A stretch of 64,000 nt of DNA from Candidatus Limnocylindrales bacterium (lineage in GTDB: Bacteria; Chloroflexota; Limnocylindria; Limnocylindrales; CSP1-4). Shown here piece by piece: positions 9,112-18,962 of the stretch. The stretch spans positions 3,318-67,317 of the forward strand of contig DASSII010000136.1 in NCBI GenBank assembly GCA_035692005.1, written 5' to 3'. The position numbers and the translations under genes were made by a program. Numbering within the stretch: the stretch's first letter is position 1; every line of letters starts with the position of its first letter. The notes beneath the pieces are model-generated. The model was not told the DNA's origin. It ran no database searches and was given only the letters and a program-made list of their open reading frames with translations.

Positions 9112-10679
9112 CGACCATCATCGACGTCCGCGAGGCCGTCGGCCTCGTCCGTGACGGGAGCACCGTGGTCATCGGCGGCTCCGGCGCGGGGCACGCCCTG
9201 CCCCAGCGCTTCATCGACGAGCTGGCGAGCGTGTTCGAGGAGACCGGCCACCCGCGCGACCTGACGACCGTGCGGGTCGTCGGCATCGGCGATTTCGCCG
9301 ATCGTGGCTTCAGCCAACTCGGGCTGCCCGGCCTGCAGCGCCGGACGATCGGCAGCAACATCGGCAACGAGCCGCGCCTCGGGGCGCTCGTCCAGAGCGG
9401 CGAGGTCGAGTCGTACTCGTTCCCACAGGGCGTCCTGTCGCAGCTCATGCGCGAGATCGCCGCGGGTCGTCCGGGGCTGCTCACCCAGGTCGGGCTGGGC
9501 ACGTACGTCGACCCACGCCAGACCGGGGGCAAGCAGAACGAGCGCACGACCGACGACCTCGTCGAGGTGCTGACCGTGCGCGGCCGGGAGTGGCTGCTGT
9601 TCCACGCCTTCCCGATCGATGTCGCGCTGATCCGGGGCACGACCGCCGACGAGGACGGCAACCTGTCGATGGAGGGCGAGGCCGTCCAGGGCGAGATGCT
9701 GGCGATGGCCATGGCTGCCCGCAACAGCGGCGGCATCGTCATCGCCCAGGTCAAGCGGCTGGCCACGCGCGGCAGCCTGCCGATGCGCGACATCAAGGTG
9801 CCGGGCGCGCTGATCGATCACGTGTACGTCGATCCGGACCAGTGGCAGACGTACATCACCGAGGATTCGCCGTACTACGCCGGGGCGCTCCGGCGCCCGG
9901 TCCGGCCGGAGCCGCCGCTACCGCTCGACGTGCGCAAGATCGTCGCCCGGCGCTCGCTCCTGGAGTTCCCGCCCGGAGCCATCTGCAACCTGGGCTTCGG
10001 CATCAGCCAGCTCATCGGGCGGGTGGCCTGGGAGGAGGGCGTCACCGACGAGCTGACGCTGACCGTCGAGCAGGGGATCTTCGGCGGGGTGCCGGTCGCC
10101 GGCAACGAGGGCGGAGCCGGGTTCAACTACCAGGCCATGATCGACCAGCCCTACATGTTCGACTTCTACGACGGTGGCGGGCTCGATATCGCCAGCCTGT
10201 CGTTCGCCGAGGTCGACGCCGAGGGCAACGTCAACGTCCACGCCTTCGAGGGACGCGTCCGCGGTCCGGGTGGCTTCCCCAACATCTCCGCGAAGACCGG
10301 CCGCATCAACTTCGTCGGCACGCTCACGGCCAAGGGCCTCGAGCTCGACATCGACGACGGGGTGCGCATCGTGCACGAGGGCTCGCTGCAGAAGTTCGTG
10401 CCGGCGGTCAGGGAGATCTCGTTCAACGGCCGACTCGCACGCGAGCGCGGGCAGCAGGTCCGCTACGTGACCGAGCGGGCGGTGTTCGCGCTGGAGGCCG
10501 ATGGCCTGGTGGTCATCGAGATCGCCCCGGGCATCGACCTCGAGCGCGACGTCCTCGGCCAGATGGGCTTCCGACCGCGTGTCGCCGACGATCTGCGCGA
10601 GATGGACCGGCGCCTGTACGCGATCGGGCCGATGGGCTTGGCCGCCGAGTTCGCGGCCCGCCGGGCGGGCTCGGCGTGA
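9108..10679 (+). CDS. Acyl-CoA:acetate / 3-ketoacid CoA-transferase (fused alpha/beta type)
   Basis: 523 aa with family I CoA-transferase architecture (N-terminal [13 protein letters not shown]). GTG 9108 overlaps the SDR stop (GTGA). Confidence 0.85.
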   Translation: MTTIIDVREAVGLVRDGSTVVIGGSGAGHALPQRFIDELASVFEETGHPRDLTTVRVVGIGDFADRGFSQLGLPGLQRRTIGSNIGNEPRLGALVQSGEVESYSFPQGVLSQLMREIAAGRPGLLTQVGLGTYVDPRQTGGKQNERTTDDLVEVLTVRGREWLLFHAFPIDVALIRGTTADEDGNLSMEGEAVQGEMLAMAMAARNSGGIVIAQVKRLATRGSLPMRDIKVPGALIDHVYVDPDQWQTYITEDSPYYAGALRRPVRPEPPLPLDVRKIVARRSLLEFPPGAICNLGFGISQLIGRVAWEEGVTDELTLTVEQGIFGGVPVAGNEGGAGFNYQAMIDQPYMFDFYDGGGLDIASLSFAEVDAEGNVNVHAFEGRVRGPGGFPNISAKTGRINFVGTLTAKGLELDIDDGVRIVHEGSLQKFVPAVREISFNGRLARERGQQVRYVTERAVFALEADGLVVIEIAPGIDLERDVLGQMGFRPRVADDLREMDRRLYAIGPMGLAAEFAARRAGSA

Positions 10680-11455
10680 GCGGCGAGATCCAGCTGGAGC
10701 TCGGGACGGTGGCCCGGCTGACCATCTCGAACCCGCCGCTCAACCTCGTCACGTGGGAGCTACTCGCCTCGTTCCAGGATGCGCTCACCACCCTGGAGGA
10801 GGCCGCACCTGGCGACGTCCGGGCGGTCGTAGTGACCGGCGAGGGCGAGCGCTCCTTCTCGGCCGGGTCGCACGTCGGGGAGTTCGAGGAGCAGCGCGGG
10901 GAGCGCGGCCGGGAGCGCCACGCCCTGGAGTCCGGCGTCGCCCGGCGCCTGGCCGAGCTGCCGATGCCGACGATCGCCGCCATCGAGGGGAACGCCTTGG
11001 GCGGCGGGCTGGAGCTGGCCCTCTGTTGCGACCTGCGGGTGGCATCGGAGCGCGCGAAGCTGGGGCTGCCGGAGGTGCGCCTGGCGGTGACGCCCGGGGC
11101 CGGCGGGACGCAGCGATTGCCACGGGTCGTCGGCGTCGCGCGGGCCAAGGCGCTCATCCTGACCGGCGCCGTGCTGAGCGCGGACGAGGCGCTGGCGATC
11201 GGCCTCGTCAGCGAGGTCGTGCCGGCCGGCGAAGCCGTCGCCCGGGCCACCGCCATCGGCGAGGAGATCGCCCAACGCGGTCCGCTGGCCGTGCGCGAGG
11301 CCAAGCGCCTCATCGACCTGGCGGTCGACACCGACATCGAGACCGGGCTGACAGCCGAGATGGCCGCATCTGCCCGGGTGTTCGAGAGCGAGGACATGCT
11401 CGAAGGGGCGAGGTCCTTCTTCGAAAAGCGTGAACCGGGATATCGCGGCCGCTAG
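10676..11455 (+). CDS. Enoyl-CoA hydratase/isomerase (crotonase) family
   Basis: Crotonase core ([43 protein letters not shown]). GTG 10676 overlaps the CoA-transferase stop. The long upstream part of ORF 9590.. is read-through. Confidence 0.9.
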   Translation: MSGEIQLELGTVARLTISNPPLNLVTWELLASFQDALTTLEEAAPGDVRAVVVTGEGERSFSAGSHVGEFEEQRGERGRERHALESGVARRLAELPMPTIAAIEGNALGGGLELALCCDLRVASERAKLGLPEVRLAVTPGAGGTQRLPRVVGVARAKALILTGAVLSADEALAIGLVSEVVPAGEAVARATAIGEEIAQRGPLAVREAKRLIDLAVDTDIETGLTAEMAASARVFESEDMLEGARSFFEKREPGYRGR

Positions 11456-11477
11456 GTCGCAGCACAGGAGGTCGTAC

Positions 11478-12545
11478 ATGGCTGAGGTCGGACGGTTCGG
11501 GGTCTTCCTGCCGTCGTATATCTGGGAGGGCGACGGTCCGGAGCGGGCGCGTGGCATCAAGGACTTCGCGCGCACGGTGGAGGAGCTCGGGTTCGACTCG
11601 CTGTTCATCACCGATCACCTGCTCGTCGGCAAGCGCTTCTACTCGGTCAACTGGCTGGAGCCGCTGATGACCCTCGCGGTGGCGGCCGGTGCGACCGAGC
11701 GGGTCCGGCTTGGGACGTCGATCCTGGTCATGCCCCTGCGCAACCCGGTCATCCTGGCCAAGGAACTGGCGACGCTCCAGTTCCTGAGCGACAACCGGGT
11801 CATCCTGGGTGCCGGCGTCGGCTGGAACGACATCGAGTACGCGGCCGTCGGGGTCAGGAAGTCGGAGCGCGGCAAGCGGACCGACGAGATGCTCGACATC
11901 ATGCTGCCGCTGCTGGAGGGCGAGACGGTCACCTATCACGGCGAGTTCTACTCGGTCGACGACGTGTTCATCGAGCCGCGCGCATCGCAGCGGCCGCTGC
12001 TGTGGATCGGCGGCGGATCGCAGCTGGCCTCGCCCAAGTCGCCCGACGTGCCCAAGTTCGTCGAGTCGGTCAAGCGCCGGACGGTCCGCTCCGACGGCTG
12101 GATCCCGCGGCCGACATCGCCGCCCCAGGACATCGCCCGCGACTGGGCGGAGCTCCAGGAGGCGATGCGGGCGGCCGGCAAGGACCCGTCGGACACGCTC
12201 GTCGCGCACGAGAACTTCCTGCACCTGGTGATGACCGACGATCCGGCCGAGGCACGCCGCCAGCAGCACGAGGCGTTCCTCAAGGTCATGTCCCCGGAGC
12301 GCGGGCCGGAGTACCTCGAGTCGGTCTACCTGTTCGGTACGCCCGACGAGATCGTGGCTTCGCTCCAGGCCCGGGTCGACGCCGGGGTCGAATACTTCTT
12401 CCTGCACACGATGACGCCGGATCCGGCCCAGCTGCGGTTGTGGGTCGACCACATCATCCCGAACGTGCAGTTCCCGGCCAGCGCCGGTCCGGTCCGTCGA
12501 CCGCCGACGCCGTGGCAGCGCAGCGCGCCGGTGGCCGCTCGCTGA
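11478..12545 (+). CDS. Luciferase-like (LLM class) flavin/F420-dependent oxidoreductase
   Basis: AGGAGG at 11466-11471 precedes ATG 11478. LLM-type TIM-barrel sequence (FDSLFITDHL..., LGTSILVMPLRNPV). Confidence 0.8.
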   Translation: MAEVGRFGVFLPSYIWEGDGPERARGIKDFARTVEELGFDSLFITDHLLVGKRFYSVNWLEPLMTLAVAAGATERVRLGTSILVMPLRNPVILAKELATLQFLSDNRVILGAGVGWNDIEYAAVGVRKSERGKRTDEMLDIMLPLLEGETVTYHGEFYSVDDVFIEPRASQRPLLWIGGGSQLASPKSPDVPKFVESVKRRTVRSDGWIPRPTSPPQDIARDWAELQEAMRAAGKDPSDTLVAHENFLHLVMTDDPAEARRQQHEAFLKVMSPERGPEYLESVYLFGTPDEIVASLQARVDAGVEYFFLHTMTPDPAQLRLWVDHIIPNVQFPASAGPVRRPPTPWQRSAPVAAR

Positions 12546-13405
12546 TGGCCCGTCGGGTCGCGCTCCTGGGCAAGCCGCTCAAACGGCGGCACTCGCAGGT
12601 CATGCACGACGCGGCGTTCGCTGCCGCCGGGATCGATGCCCGCTACGTGCTGATGGAGCTCGAGCCCGAGCAGGTGGGCCCGACGGTCGACGCAGCTCGG
12701 ACCAGCGATGAGTGGCTGGGGCTGGGCGTGACCGCGCCGTACAAGCGGGTCGTGGCCGACCTGGTCGACGAGGTCGAGCCCGACGCGGCGACGATCGGGG
12801 CGGTCAACAACGTCGTCCGCACGAGCGACGGCCGGCTGATCGGGTTCAACACCGATGCGCCGGGGTTCCGGGCCGGCGTCGAGCTGGCCATGGGCCGATC
12901 ACTGGACGGCGTCGACGTCGTCGTCGTCGGCGCCGGTGGAGCGGCCCACGCGGTGGTGTTCGCGTGCCTCGACGCCGGCGCTCGATCGGTGCGCATCGCC
13001 AACCGCACGGCTGATGCAGCGATCGCGTTGGCGGCGCGCTTCGCCGATGTGGGCAGCGGGACCGTGTCGGCGGTGGACATCGCCGCGCCCGAGTTCGTGG
13101 CCGCCTTGGCGACCGCCGGGCTGGCCGTCAACGCGACGACGGTCGGCATGCTCGACGCGGGCATGACCATCCCGCTCGAGGCCCTGCCGCCCACGGCGAC
13201 CGTGTTCGATCTCGTCTACGTGCCCGCCGAGACGCCGCTGCTGCGCGCCGCCCGGGCGCGCGGTCTGCGGGCGGCCAACGGCTCGGAGATGCTCATCGCC
13301 CAAGCCGCCGCGGCATTCGAGCGGTGGACCGGCGTGGGCGGCATGGCCGACGTCATGCGCAGCGCCGTGGCCCCGCTGCTGGCCGACCCGACGGTCCAGG
13401 CCTGA
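12545..13405 (+). CDS. aroE: Shikimate (or quinate/shikimate) dehydrogenase
   Basis: LLGKPLKRRHSQVMHDAAFAAAGID N-terminus, GVTAPYK, NTD and VVGAGGAAHAV motifs. ATG 12545 shares a base with the upstream TGA. It sits in a catabolic cluster, so it may be a paralogue rather than the biosynthetic aroE. Confidence 0.75.
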   Translation: MARRVALLGKPLKRRHSQVMHDAAFAAAGIDARYVLMELEPEQVGPTVDAARTSDEWLGLGVTAPYKRVVADLVDEVEPDAATIGAVNNVVRTSDGRLIGFNTDAPGFRAGVELAMGRSLDGVDVVVVGAGGAAHAVVFACLDAGARSVRIANRTADAAIALAARFADVGSGTVSAVDIAAPEFVAALATAGLAVNATTVGMLDAGMTIPLEALPPTATVFDLVYVPAETPLLRAARARGLRAANGSEMLIAQAAAAFERWTGVGGMADVMRSAVAPLLADPTVQA

Positions 13406-13409
13406 ACCG

Positions 13410-14255
13410 ATGCGCCTCGCGACGATCGCGCTCGACGGGCGCCTCCGGCCGGCGGTCGTGCGCGACGACGACATGGTCGTGCCGATCGACACCCGGGCGA
13501 CCGGCCTGGCCGGCATCCGGGCCATCGCCGCCGGTGGCCCGCTCGCACTCGACCGGCTGGCGGTCTGGCTGGACGCCCAACCCGCCGACGCCGCGACGCC
13601 GCTGTCGTCGGTGACCCTCGGTCCGGCGGTGCCCGATCCGGGGGCGATCTACACGGTCGGGCTCAACTACGACGGTCCGGCCGCCGCGCCGCGCCCCGAC
13701 CGACCGCTCATCTACGGCAAGGCCGCGCGCGCGGTGGCCGGCCATGGTGCGACCCTGGCCTGGGACCGTGCCGTGACCGATGACGTCGACGCCGAGGTCG
13801 AGCTGGCAGTCGTCATCGGCGCCCCCGCCTTCGGGGTCGCGCCCGAGAACGCGCTCGGGCATGTCTTCGGCTACACCATCATCGATGACGTGTCGGCCCG
13901 TGACGAGCACCTCGACGGCGATCAGTGGCTGCTCGGCAAGTCGATGCCGGGGTTCTGCCCGGCCGGTCCGTGGATCGTCACCGCCGACGCGTTCGATCCG
14001 TCCGACGTCGCCCTCGGGTGCCGCATCGACGGCGAGCCCATCCAGGAGGACCGCACGTCGCGCATGCGCTTCCCGATCGCCGAGGTCGTGTCCTACCTCA
14101 GCCGCCATCTCGAGCTGCGGCCCGGCGACCTCATCGCCACCGGCACCCCGGTCCGCCTCGGGTCGCCGCCGGGACCCGGTCGTCGGCTGCGGGCCGGCGA
14201 TCGCGTGACCGCCTGGATCGAGGGTATCGGCGAGCTCACCACCACCATCGCCTGA
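13410..14255 (+). CDS. Fumarylacetoacetate hydrolase (FAH) family protein
   Basis: FAH-fold C-terminal domain (DAEVELAVVIG..., DVSARD, GTPVRLG). Confidence 0.85.
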   Translation: MRLATIALDGRLRPAVVRDDDMVVPIDTRATGLAGIRAIAAGGPLALDRLAVWLDAQPADAATPLSSVTLGPAVPDPGAIYTVGLNYDGPAAAPRPDRPLIYGKAARAVAGHGATLAWDRAVTDDVDAEVELAVVIGAPAFGVAPENALGHVFGYTIIDDVSARDEHLDGDQWLLGKSMPGFCPAGPWIVTADAFDPSDVALGCRIDGEPIQEDRTSRMRFPIAEVVSYLSRHLELRPGDLIATGTPVRLGSPPGPGRRLRAGDRVTAWIEGIGELTTTIA

Positions 14256-14278
14256 GCCAGCCAAGGAGGCCACCCAGC

Positions 14279-15067
14279 ATGACTGCGTCGACCGTGTTCC
14301 TCGGCGAGATGACCAATCCGCAGGTCGAGGCCTTCCTGCGCGAGCACCAGACGGTGATCGTGCCGACCGGCTCGACCGAGCAGCATGGGCCCCACGGGCC
14401 ACTGCTGACCGATGTGCTCGTCCCCCAGGAGGTGGCCCGGCGCATCGCAGCGCGGGTCGGGGCGCTCGTCGCGCCGCCGATCAACTACGCCCTGTCGTAC
14501 CCGCACGTCGGGTTCACCGGGGTGGTCCACATCCGCATCCCGACGTTCATGGCGCTGGTGGAGGACCTGTGCGCCTCGCTGGCGGCGGTCGGGTTCACCC
14601 GGATCGTGTTCCTCAACGGCCATTACGACAACACCTATGCCATCGCCTACGCCTGCGCCAACGCCGCCGAGCGGATGCCGTCCGGCGTGCGCGCGTTCCC
14701 GATCAACTACTGGGATGGCATGACCGCCGACGAGGCGGGCGAGTTCTTCGGACCGACGACCGGCCTCCACGCCAACCGGGGCGAGACCTCGGCGGTGATG
14801 GCCATCGATCCGGCGCTGGTCGACCTCGAGCATGCCAACGCCGAGCTGCCACCGTTCCCCGAGGTCGCCAATGCGGCACCGGTCCACACGGCGTTCTTCT
14901 TCTCGGCCCCGGGTTCCGTCCACCGGGCATCGCAGTCGGGCACGTGGGGCGACGCGCGCGAGGCGACGGTCGAGTTCGGGCAGCGCTACCTCGACGTCGT
15001 CAGCGAGGCCACCGTCCGGGTCCTCGACGACATCGAGCGGACGTTCGCGGCGATGCCGCCGCGCTGA
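14279..15067 (+). CDS. Creatininase (creatinine amidohydrolase) family protein
   Basis: AAGGAGG precedes ATG 14279. Family motifs VIVPTGSTEQHGPHGPLLTD, LNGHYDN, HANRGETS. Confidence 0.85.
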   Translation: MTASTVFLGEMTNPQVEAFLREHQTVIVPTGSTEQHGPHGPLLTDVLVPQEVARRIAARVGALVAPPINYALSYPHVGFTGVVHIRIPTFMALVEDLCASLAAVGFTRIVFLNGHYDNTYAIAYACANAAERMPSGVRAFPINYWDGMTADEAGEFFGPTTGLHANRGETSAVMAIDPALVDLEHANAELPPFPEVANAAPVHTAFFFSAPGSVHRASQSGTWGDAREATVEFGQRYLDVVSEATVRVLDDIERTFAAMPPR

Positions 15068-15088
15068 GGTCCGTCCCCGCGCTGACGT

Positions 15089-15130
15089 CCGGGCGCCTGG
15101 CCGGGACGCCCGGCCGGCGGCGTGCCGGCC
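15089..15130. terminator. Two adjacent GC hairpins between convergent operons
   Basis: CCGGGCG...CGCCCGG (15089-15113) and GGCCGGC ggcgt GCCGGCC (15112-15130) lie in the 67-nt gap between the creatininase-family stop and the nagA stop. Confidence 0.4.
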
Positions 15131-15134
15131 TCCG

Positions 15135-16232
15135 TCAGGGGGCGTCGGCCTCGAACCAAATCCCCGCGCGCATGACCCGCCGGACCCGCAGGTCGCGATC
15201 GAGCTCGACCAGGTCGGCCCGCTGTCCGACCGCGATGTGGCCGCGGTCGCCGATCCCAAGCAGCGCCAGCGGGTTGGCGCTCGCCGCGGCGACGGCCGCC
15301 GGCAGGGGCACGCCCGATGCCGCCAGGTTGCGGACCGCCGTATCGAGCGCGATGACCGACCCGGCCAGCGTCGTCGTGCCCGCCAGCGTGACGCGCTCGC
15401 CGACGACCTCGACCGCGAGGCCGCCGATCTGCCCGCGCCCGTCGCCCGTCCCGGCCAGGGCGACGGCGTCGCTGACGAGCAGCACCCGGCTCGCCGGTTT
15501 GAGCCGGCTGATGAGCGGCCACAGGGCCCGCTCGACGTGGATGCCGTCCGCGATGAGCTCGACGAACACGGCATCGTCGAGCAGGGCGGCCAGCGCGACG
15601 CCGGGCGCGCGATGGTCGATCCCGGTCATCGCGTTGAACAGGTGTGTCGTCGACGTCGCCCCCGCCGCGTAGCCGGCTCGCGCCTGGTCGCTCGTCGCGG
15701 CCGAATGCCCGAGCGAGGTCACGACGTCGCGGCCGCGCAGCCAGCCGATCAGGTCCGTCGCGCCGTCGAGCTCCGGGGCGACGGTCACGACCCGCAGGCC
15801 GTCGAGCAGCGGCTCGAGCGCGGCGCGGTCGACTTCGGCCGGGGTGCGCAGGTGCGCCGGGTCGTGGGCCCCATGACGAGACGGTGCCAGGAACGGTCCT
15901 TCCAGGTTGAACCCGAGCGGCTCGGCGCCATCGACCGGGGCGACGGGACGCCACCCGCGGACCCCCGCCGCGAAGGCCGTCAGGCGGTCGAGCGGGGCGG
16001 TCACGGCGGTCGGCAGGAAGGCGGTCACCCCGCGCCGCAGCAAGCGGCGGGCCATCCCGTCGAGCGCCGCCGCATCGCCCATCGCGTCGTGGCCGCCCCA
16101 GCCATGGACGTGGATGTCGACGAAGCCGGGCGCCACGAATGGCGCGTCCCCGGCGGGGTCGACGGCGTCCATGTCGTCGTCGAGGTCGATCGCGCCGATC
16201 CGTCCATCCTCGATCGAGAGCCGGCCGGCCAC
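15135..16232 (-). CDS. nagA: N-acetylglucosamine-6-phosphate deacetylase
   Basis: Amidohydrolase motifs (PGFVDIHVHGWGGHD, HLFNAM, ...GSVIALD). The start is uncertain. GTG 16232 is the first canonical start codon downstream of the GntR stop; the conserved N-terminal strand (LVLDDRIVAGRLSIEDGRI) begins a little upstream of it. Confidence 0.8.
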   Translation of the reverse strand: MAGRLSIEDGRIGAIDLDDDMDAVDPAGDAPFVAPGFVDIHVHGWGGHDAMGDAAALDGMARRLLRRGVTAFLPTAVTAPLDRLTAFAAGVRGWRPVAPVDGAEPLGFNLEGPFLAPSRHGAHDPAHLRTPAEVDRAALEPLLDGLRVVTVAPELDGATDLIGWLRGRDVVTSLGHSAATSDQARAGYAAGATSTTHLFNAMTGIDHRAPGVALAALLDDAVFVELIADGIHVERALWPLISRLKPASRVLLVSDAVALAGTGDGRGQIGGLAVEVVGERVTLAGTTTLAGSVIALDTAVRNLAASGVPLPAAVAAASANPLALLGIGDRGHIAVGQRADLVELDRDLRVRRVMRAGIWFEADAP

Positions 16233-16288
16233 GATCCGGTCATCGAGGACCAGTCGGCCGTGAACCGAGCGGGTCGTGCTGCGGTCGA

Positions 16289-17032
16289 TCAGTCGGTCCC
16301 CACGCCGGGATCGGGCGTCTCGACGTCGAAGTGGACGACCAGACCGTAGCGGTCGGCCGGGTAGCGCGATTCGGTCGCCTCGATCCGCCGACCATGGCGA
16401 TCGACGATGACCCGCCGCTCGACGAGGAGCGCGTCGCCCGGGTGCATGGCCAGCAGGTCGGCGTCCTCGGCCGTGGCAGCCGCGGCCGAGATCGTGCCGG
16501 TCCCGCGGCGCAGGACGATCCCGGCTCGAGCGAGCGCTTCGTGCAGGGAGCCACGCGCGAGGTCGGCCGCGAGGACGGTTTCCGCGCACGACCCGATGAG
16601 GACCGCCGATTCGAGCGCGATCGGCTCGCCGTCGGCCTGGCGCAGCCGGCGCAGGTGGACGACCGGCTGGCGCGCCGGGACGCCGAGGGCCGCGGCCTCG
16701 GTCGGCAACGCCGGGCGCACGACCCGGGTCAGGACCCGCGAGCTCGGGATCCGGCCGGCGCGGCGCATCTCCTGGCTGAACGTCATCAGCCGGTTGGTCC
16801 GCCGATGCGCCGTCGGCTTCGCGACGAAGCTGCCACGACCCGGTTCGCGCCGGATCAGGCCGTCGGCGGCGAGCTGCTCCATCGCGTTGCGAGCGGTCAT
16901 CCGGCTCACGCCGAACTCGGCGCACAGGTCCGCGTCGGACGGCAGCCGCTCGCCCGGACGCAGGGTCGCGATGCGCTCGCGCAGGGCCTGCTCGATCTGA
17001 CGATAGTGGGGCTGGTAGCCCGTGTCGGTCAT
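16289..17032 (-). CDS. GntR-family (HutC/NagR/DasR-type) transcriptional regulator with UTRA domain
   Basis: wHTH LPSDADLCAEFGVSRMTARNAMEQLAADGLIRREPGRGSFV followed by a UTRA-like C-terminal domain. ATG 17032 overlaps the ROK stop (ATGA). Confidence 0.85.
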   Translation of the reverse strand: MTDTGYQPHYRQIEQALRERIATLRPGERLPSDADLCAEFGVSRMTARNAMEQLAADGLIRREPGRGSFVAKPTAHRRTNRLMTFSQEMRRAGRIPSSRVLTRVVRPALPTEAAALGVPARQPVVHLRRLRQADGEPIALESAVLIGSCAETVLAADLARGSLHEALARAGIVLRRGTGTISAAAATAEDADLLAMHPGDALLVERRVIVDRHGRRIEATESRYPADRYGLVVHFDVETPDPGVGTD

Positions 17033-17964
17033 GCCGCCGCCGCGCGCTCGGCGCCATGGACCGCCGCACCGATGGCGCCGGCCCACGTCCCCAGCTCGGC
17101 CGTGACGATGTCGACGTCGTCGAGCGACGTCGTCCGCACCCGTCGCCGCAGCTCCTCCCGGATCGGCCCGAGCAGGACGTCGGCGGCCGCCGCCACACCG
17201 CCACCGAGGACGACCTTGTCGGGGGTGATGACCGAGATCATGTTGGCGATGCCGATGCCGAGGTGACGTCCGACCTCCGCAAGCCCGTCGCGCGCCCGGG
17301 CGTCGCCCGCCTCCGCGCGTCGGACGGCTTCCTCCACGGTCGCCGTCCCGCACGCTGCGGCGATCCGATCGGCCCGGGCGAACGCCTCGAGGCAGCCGCG
17401 GTTGCCACAGCCGCACGGTGGGCCGTCAGGCTCGATGGTCTGGTGGCCGATCTCGCCGGCCGTGCCGTCGTGGCCCTGATGGACGCGGCCGTCGATGGCG
17501 ATCACCCCGCCGACGCCGGTGCCGAGGGTCAGCCCGATCATCGAGGCCGCCCCGCGGCCCGCCCCGAGGCGGAGCTCGGCGAGGCCGAACGCGCGCGCGT
17601 CGTTGATGAGGCAGGCTGGCAGGCCGAGCGCCATGCCGATCGGGCCCGCGACCGGCCGCCCGGCCCACTCCCCCGGGACATTGACCAGAAAGCGGGTCGT
17701 GCCGCTCGCCGGGTCGTACAGGCCGGGGACACCGATGCCGACCGAGACGACCCCGGGCGCCCGTTCGATGGCCTCCGCCCCGACCGCGGCCAGGCAGGCG
17801 ACGACCGCGTCGGGGCCGTCGGCACTCGGGGTTGGCACGTGGTCGCGGTCGACGGTCGACCACGTCGCGCCGTCGGTGTCGAGCACGACCCACTTGATGT
17901 TCGTCCCTCCGAGGTCGAGGCCCAGGTGGCGCGTCGTCCGAGGGGGTGGGTCGGGCGCGTCCAT
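17029..17964 (-). CDS. ROK-family sugar kinase
   Basis: LGLDLGGTNIKW ATP motif and the ROK zinc motif GHQTIEPDGPPCGCGNRGCLEAF. ATG 17964 shares one base with the upstream TGA. Confidence 0.85.
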   Translation of the reverse strand: MDAPDPPPRTTRHLGLDLGGTNIKWVVLDTDGATWSTVDRDHVPTPSADGPDAVVACLAAVGAEAIERAPGVVSVGIGVPGLYDPASGTTRFLVNVPGEWAGRPVAGPIGMALGLPACLINDARAFGLAELRLGAGRGAASMIGLTLGTGVGGVIAIDGRVHQGHDGTAGEIGHQTIEPDGPPCGCGNRGCLEAFARADRIAAACGTATVEEAVRRAEAGDARARDGLAEVGRHLGIGIANMISVITPDKVVLGGGVAAAADVLLGPIREELRRRVRTTSLDDVDIVTAELGTWAGAIGAAVHGAERAAAA

Positions 17965-18962
17965 CACGTCTCGCTGGTCACCCGGGTATAGGCGGCCGCG
18001 ACGACGACGATGATCGACCCGAACAGGATCTGGCGGACCGCCTCCGGGTAGCCGAGCGAGGACAACAGGGAGCTGACGACGGTCAGGATCAGGGCGCCGA
18101 CGATCGCCCCACCGAAGCCGCCGCGCCCGCCCATGATCGACGTGCCGCCGATGACGGCCGCAGCGACCGATGGCAGCACATACGAATCGGCCAGCGACAC
18201 GCTGGCGACGTTGGTCAGGCCCGAGATGAGGAAGCCGGCGACGGCCGCCATCAGGGCGGAGATCACGTACAGGACGATCAGCACCTGCCAGGCGCGCGCC
18301 CCGGACAGCCGTGAGGCGATCGGGTTGTCGCCGATGGCGTATAGCAACCGGCCGTAGCCGCTCCGTCGCAGGCCGAGCAGGATCAGCGCGGTGAGCGGCA
18401 CGAACACGAGCAGGCTGTAGGGCACGACATCCCACAACAGCCCGGTCCCGATCCAGCGGATCGCGGCCGGCGTGCCCGTCCCCGTCTGGACCATGATCAG
18501 CTGCCAGACATTGGCCAGGCCCAGCACGACCAGGCTCATCCCGAGGGTGATGATCAACGGGTGGACACGGAACACGCCGACCCCGATGCCGGTCAGCAGC
18601 CCGGCCAGGGCGGCGACGAGCAGGGCGACGAGGATGCCGACGACCAGCCCCTGCCCGCCGACCAGCGTGGCGAGCACGAACCCGGACATCGAGGCGACGG
18701 CGCCGACGGACAGGTCGATGCCGCCGGTCAGCATCGTCAGCACCTGGCAGCCGGCCAGGATGGCCAGCGGGACCGACGCGCGCAGGATGAAGCCGGCCCA
18801 GTTGGCATTGACGATGCCCGGCCGGACCAGTTCGCTCAGGATCACCAGGATGGCCAGCAGGCCGAGCAGCGGCACGATCGGGCGTTCGCGGAACAGCCGG
18901 CGCCAGGTCGCCAGGGACAGCCACGTCGGTCGGCTGACGACGGCGTCGGTCACGGCACTCAC
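17964..18962 (-). CDS. Sugar ABC transporter permease (CUT2, RbsC-like)
   Basis: Multi-TM RbsC/XylH-like sequence. GTG 18962 overlaps the stop of the preceding permease (GTGA). Confidence 0.85.
   Translation of the reverse strand: MSAVTDAVVSRPTWLSLATWRRLFRERPIVPLLGLLAILVILSELVRPGIVNANWAGFILRASVPLAILAGCQVLTMLTGGIDLSVGAVASMSGFVLATLVGGQGLVVGILVALLVAALAGLLTGIGVGVFRVHPLIITLGMSLVVLGLANVWQLIMVQTGTGTPAAIRWIGTGLLWDVVPYSLLVFVPLTALILLGLRRSGYGRLLYAIGDNPIASRLSGARAWQVLIVLYVISALMAAVAGFLISGLTNVASVSLADSYVLPSVAAAVIGGTSIMGGRGGFGGAIVGALILTVVSSLLSSLGYPEAVRQILFGSIIVVVAAAYTRVTSET

Noticed and set aside
9590-10675. Long N-terminal extensions in the ORF track, e.g. 9590.. for the crotonase, 12002.. for aroE, 13925.. 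for creatininase, 4707.. for the ABC ATPase, 46796.. for rsfS, 17029..18924 for ROK, 26773..28440 for LacI and 40019..41224 for eda.
   Set aside because: The extensions overlap the preceding real gene in another frame and are compositionally junk. In each case an ATG or GTG forming a 1- or 4-nt overlap with the upstream stop, or following a Shine-Dalgarno sequence, begins the recognisable domain.
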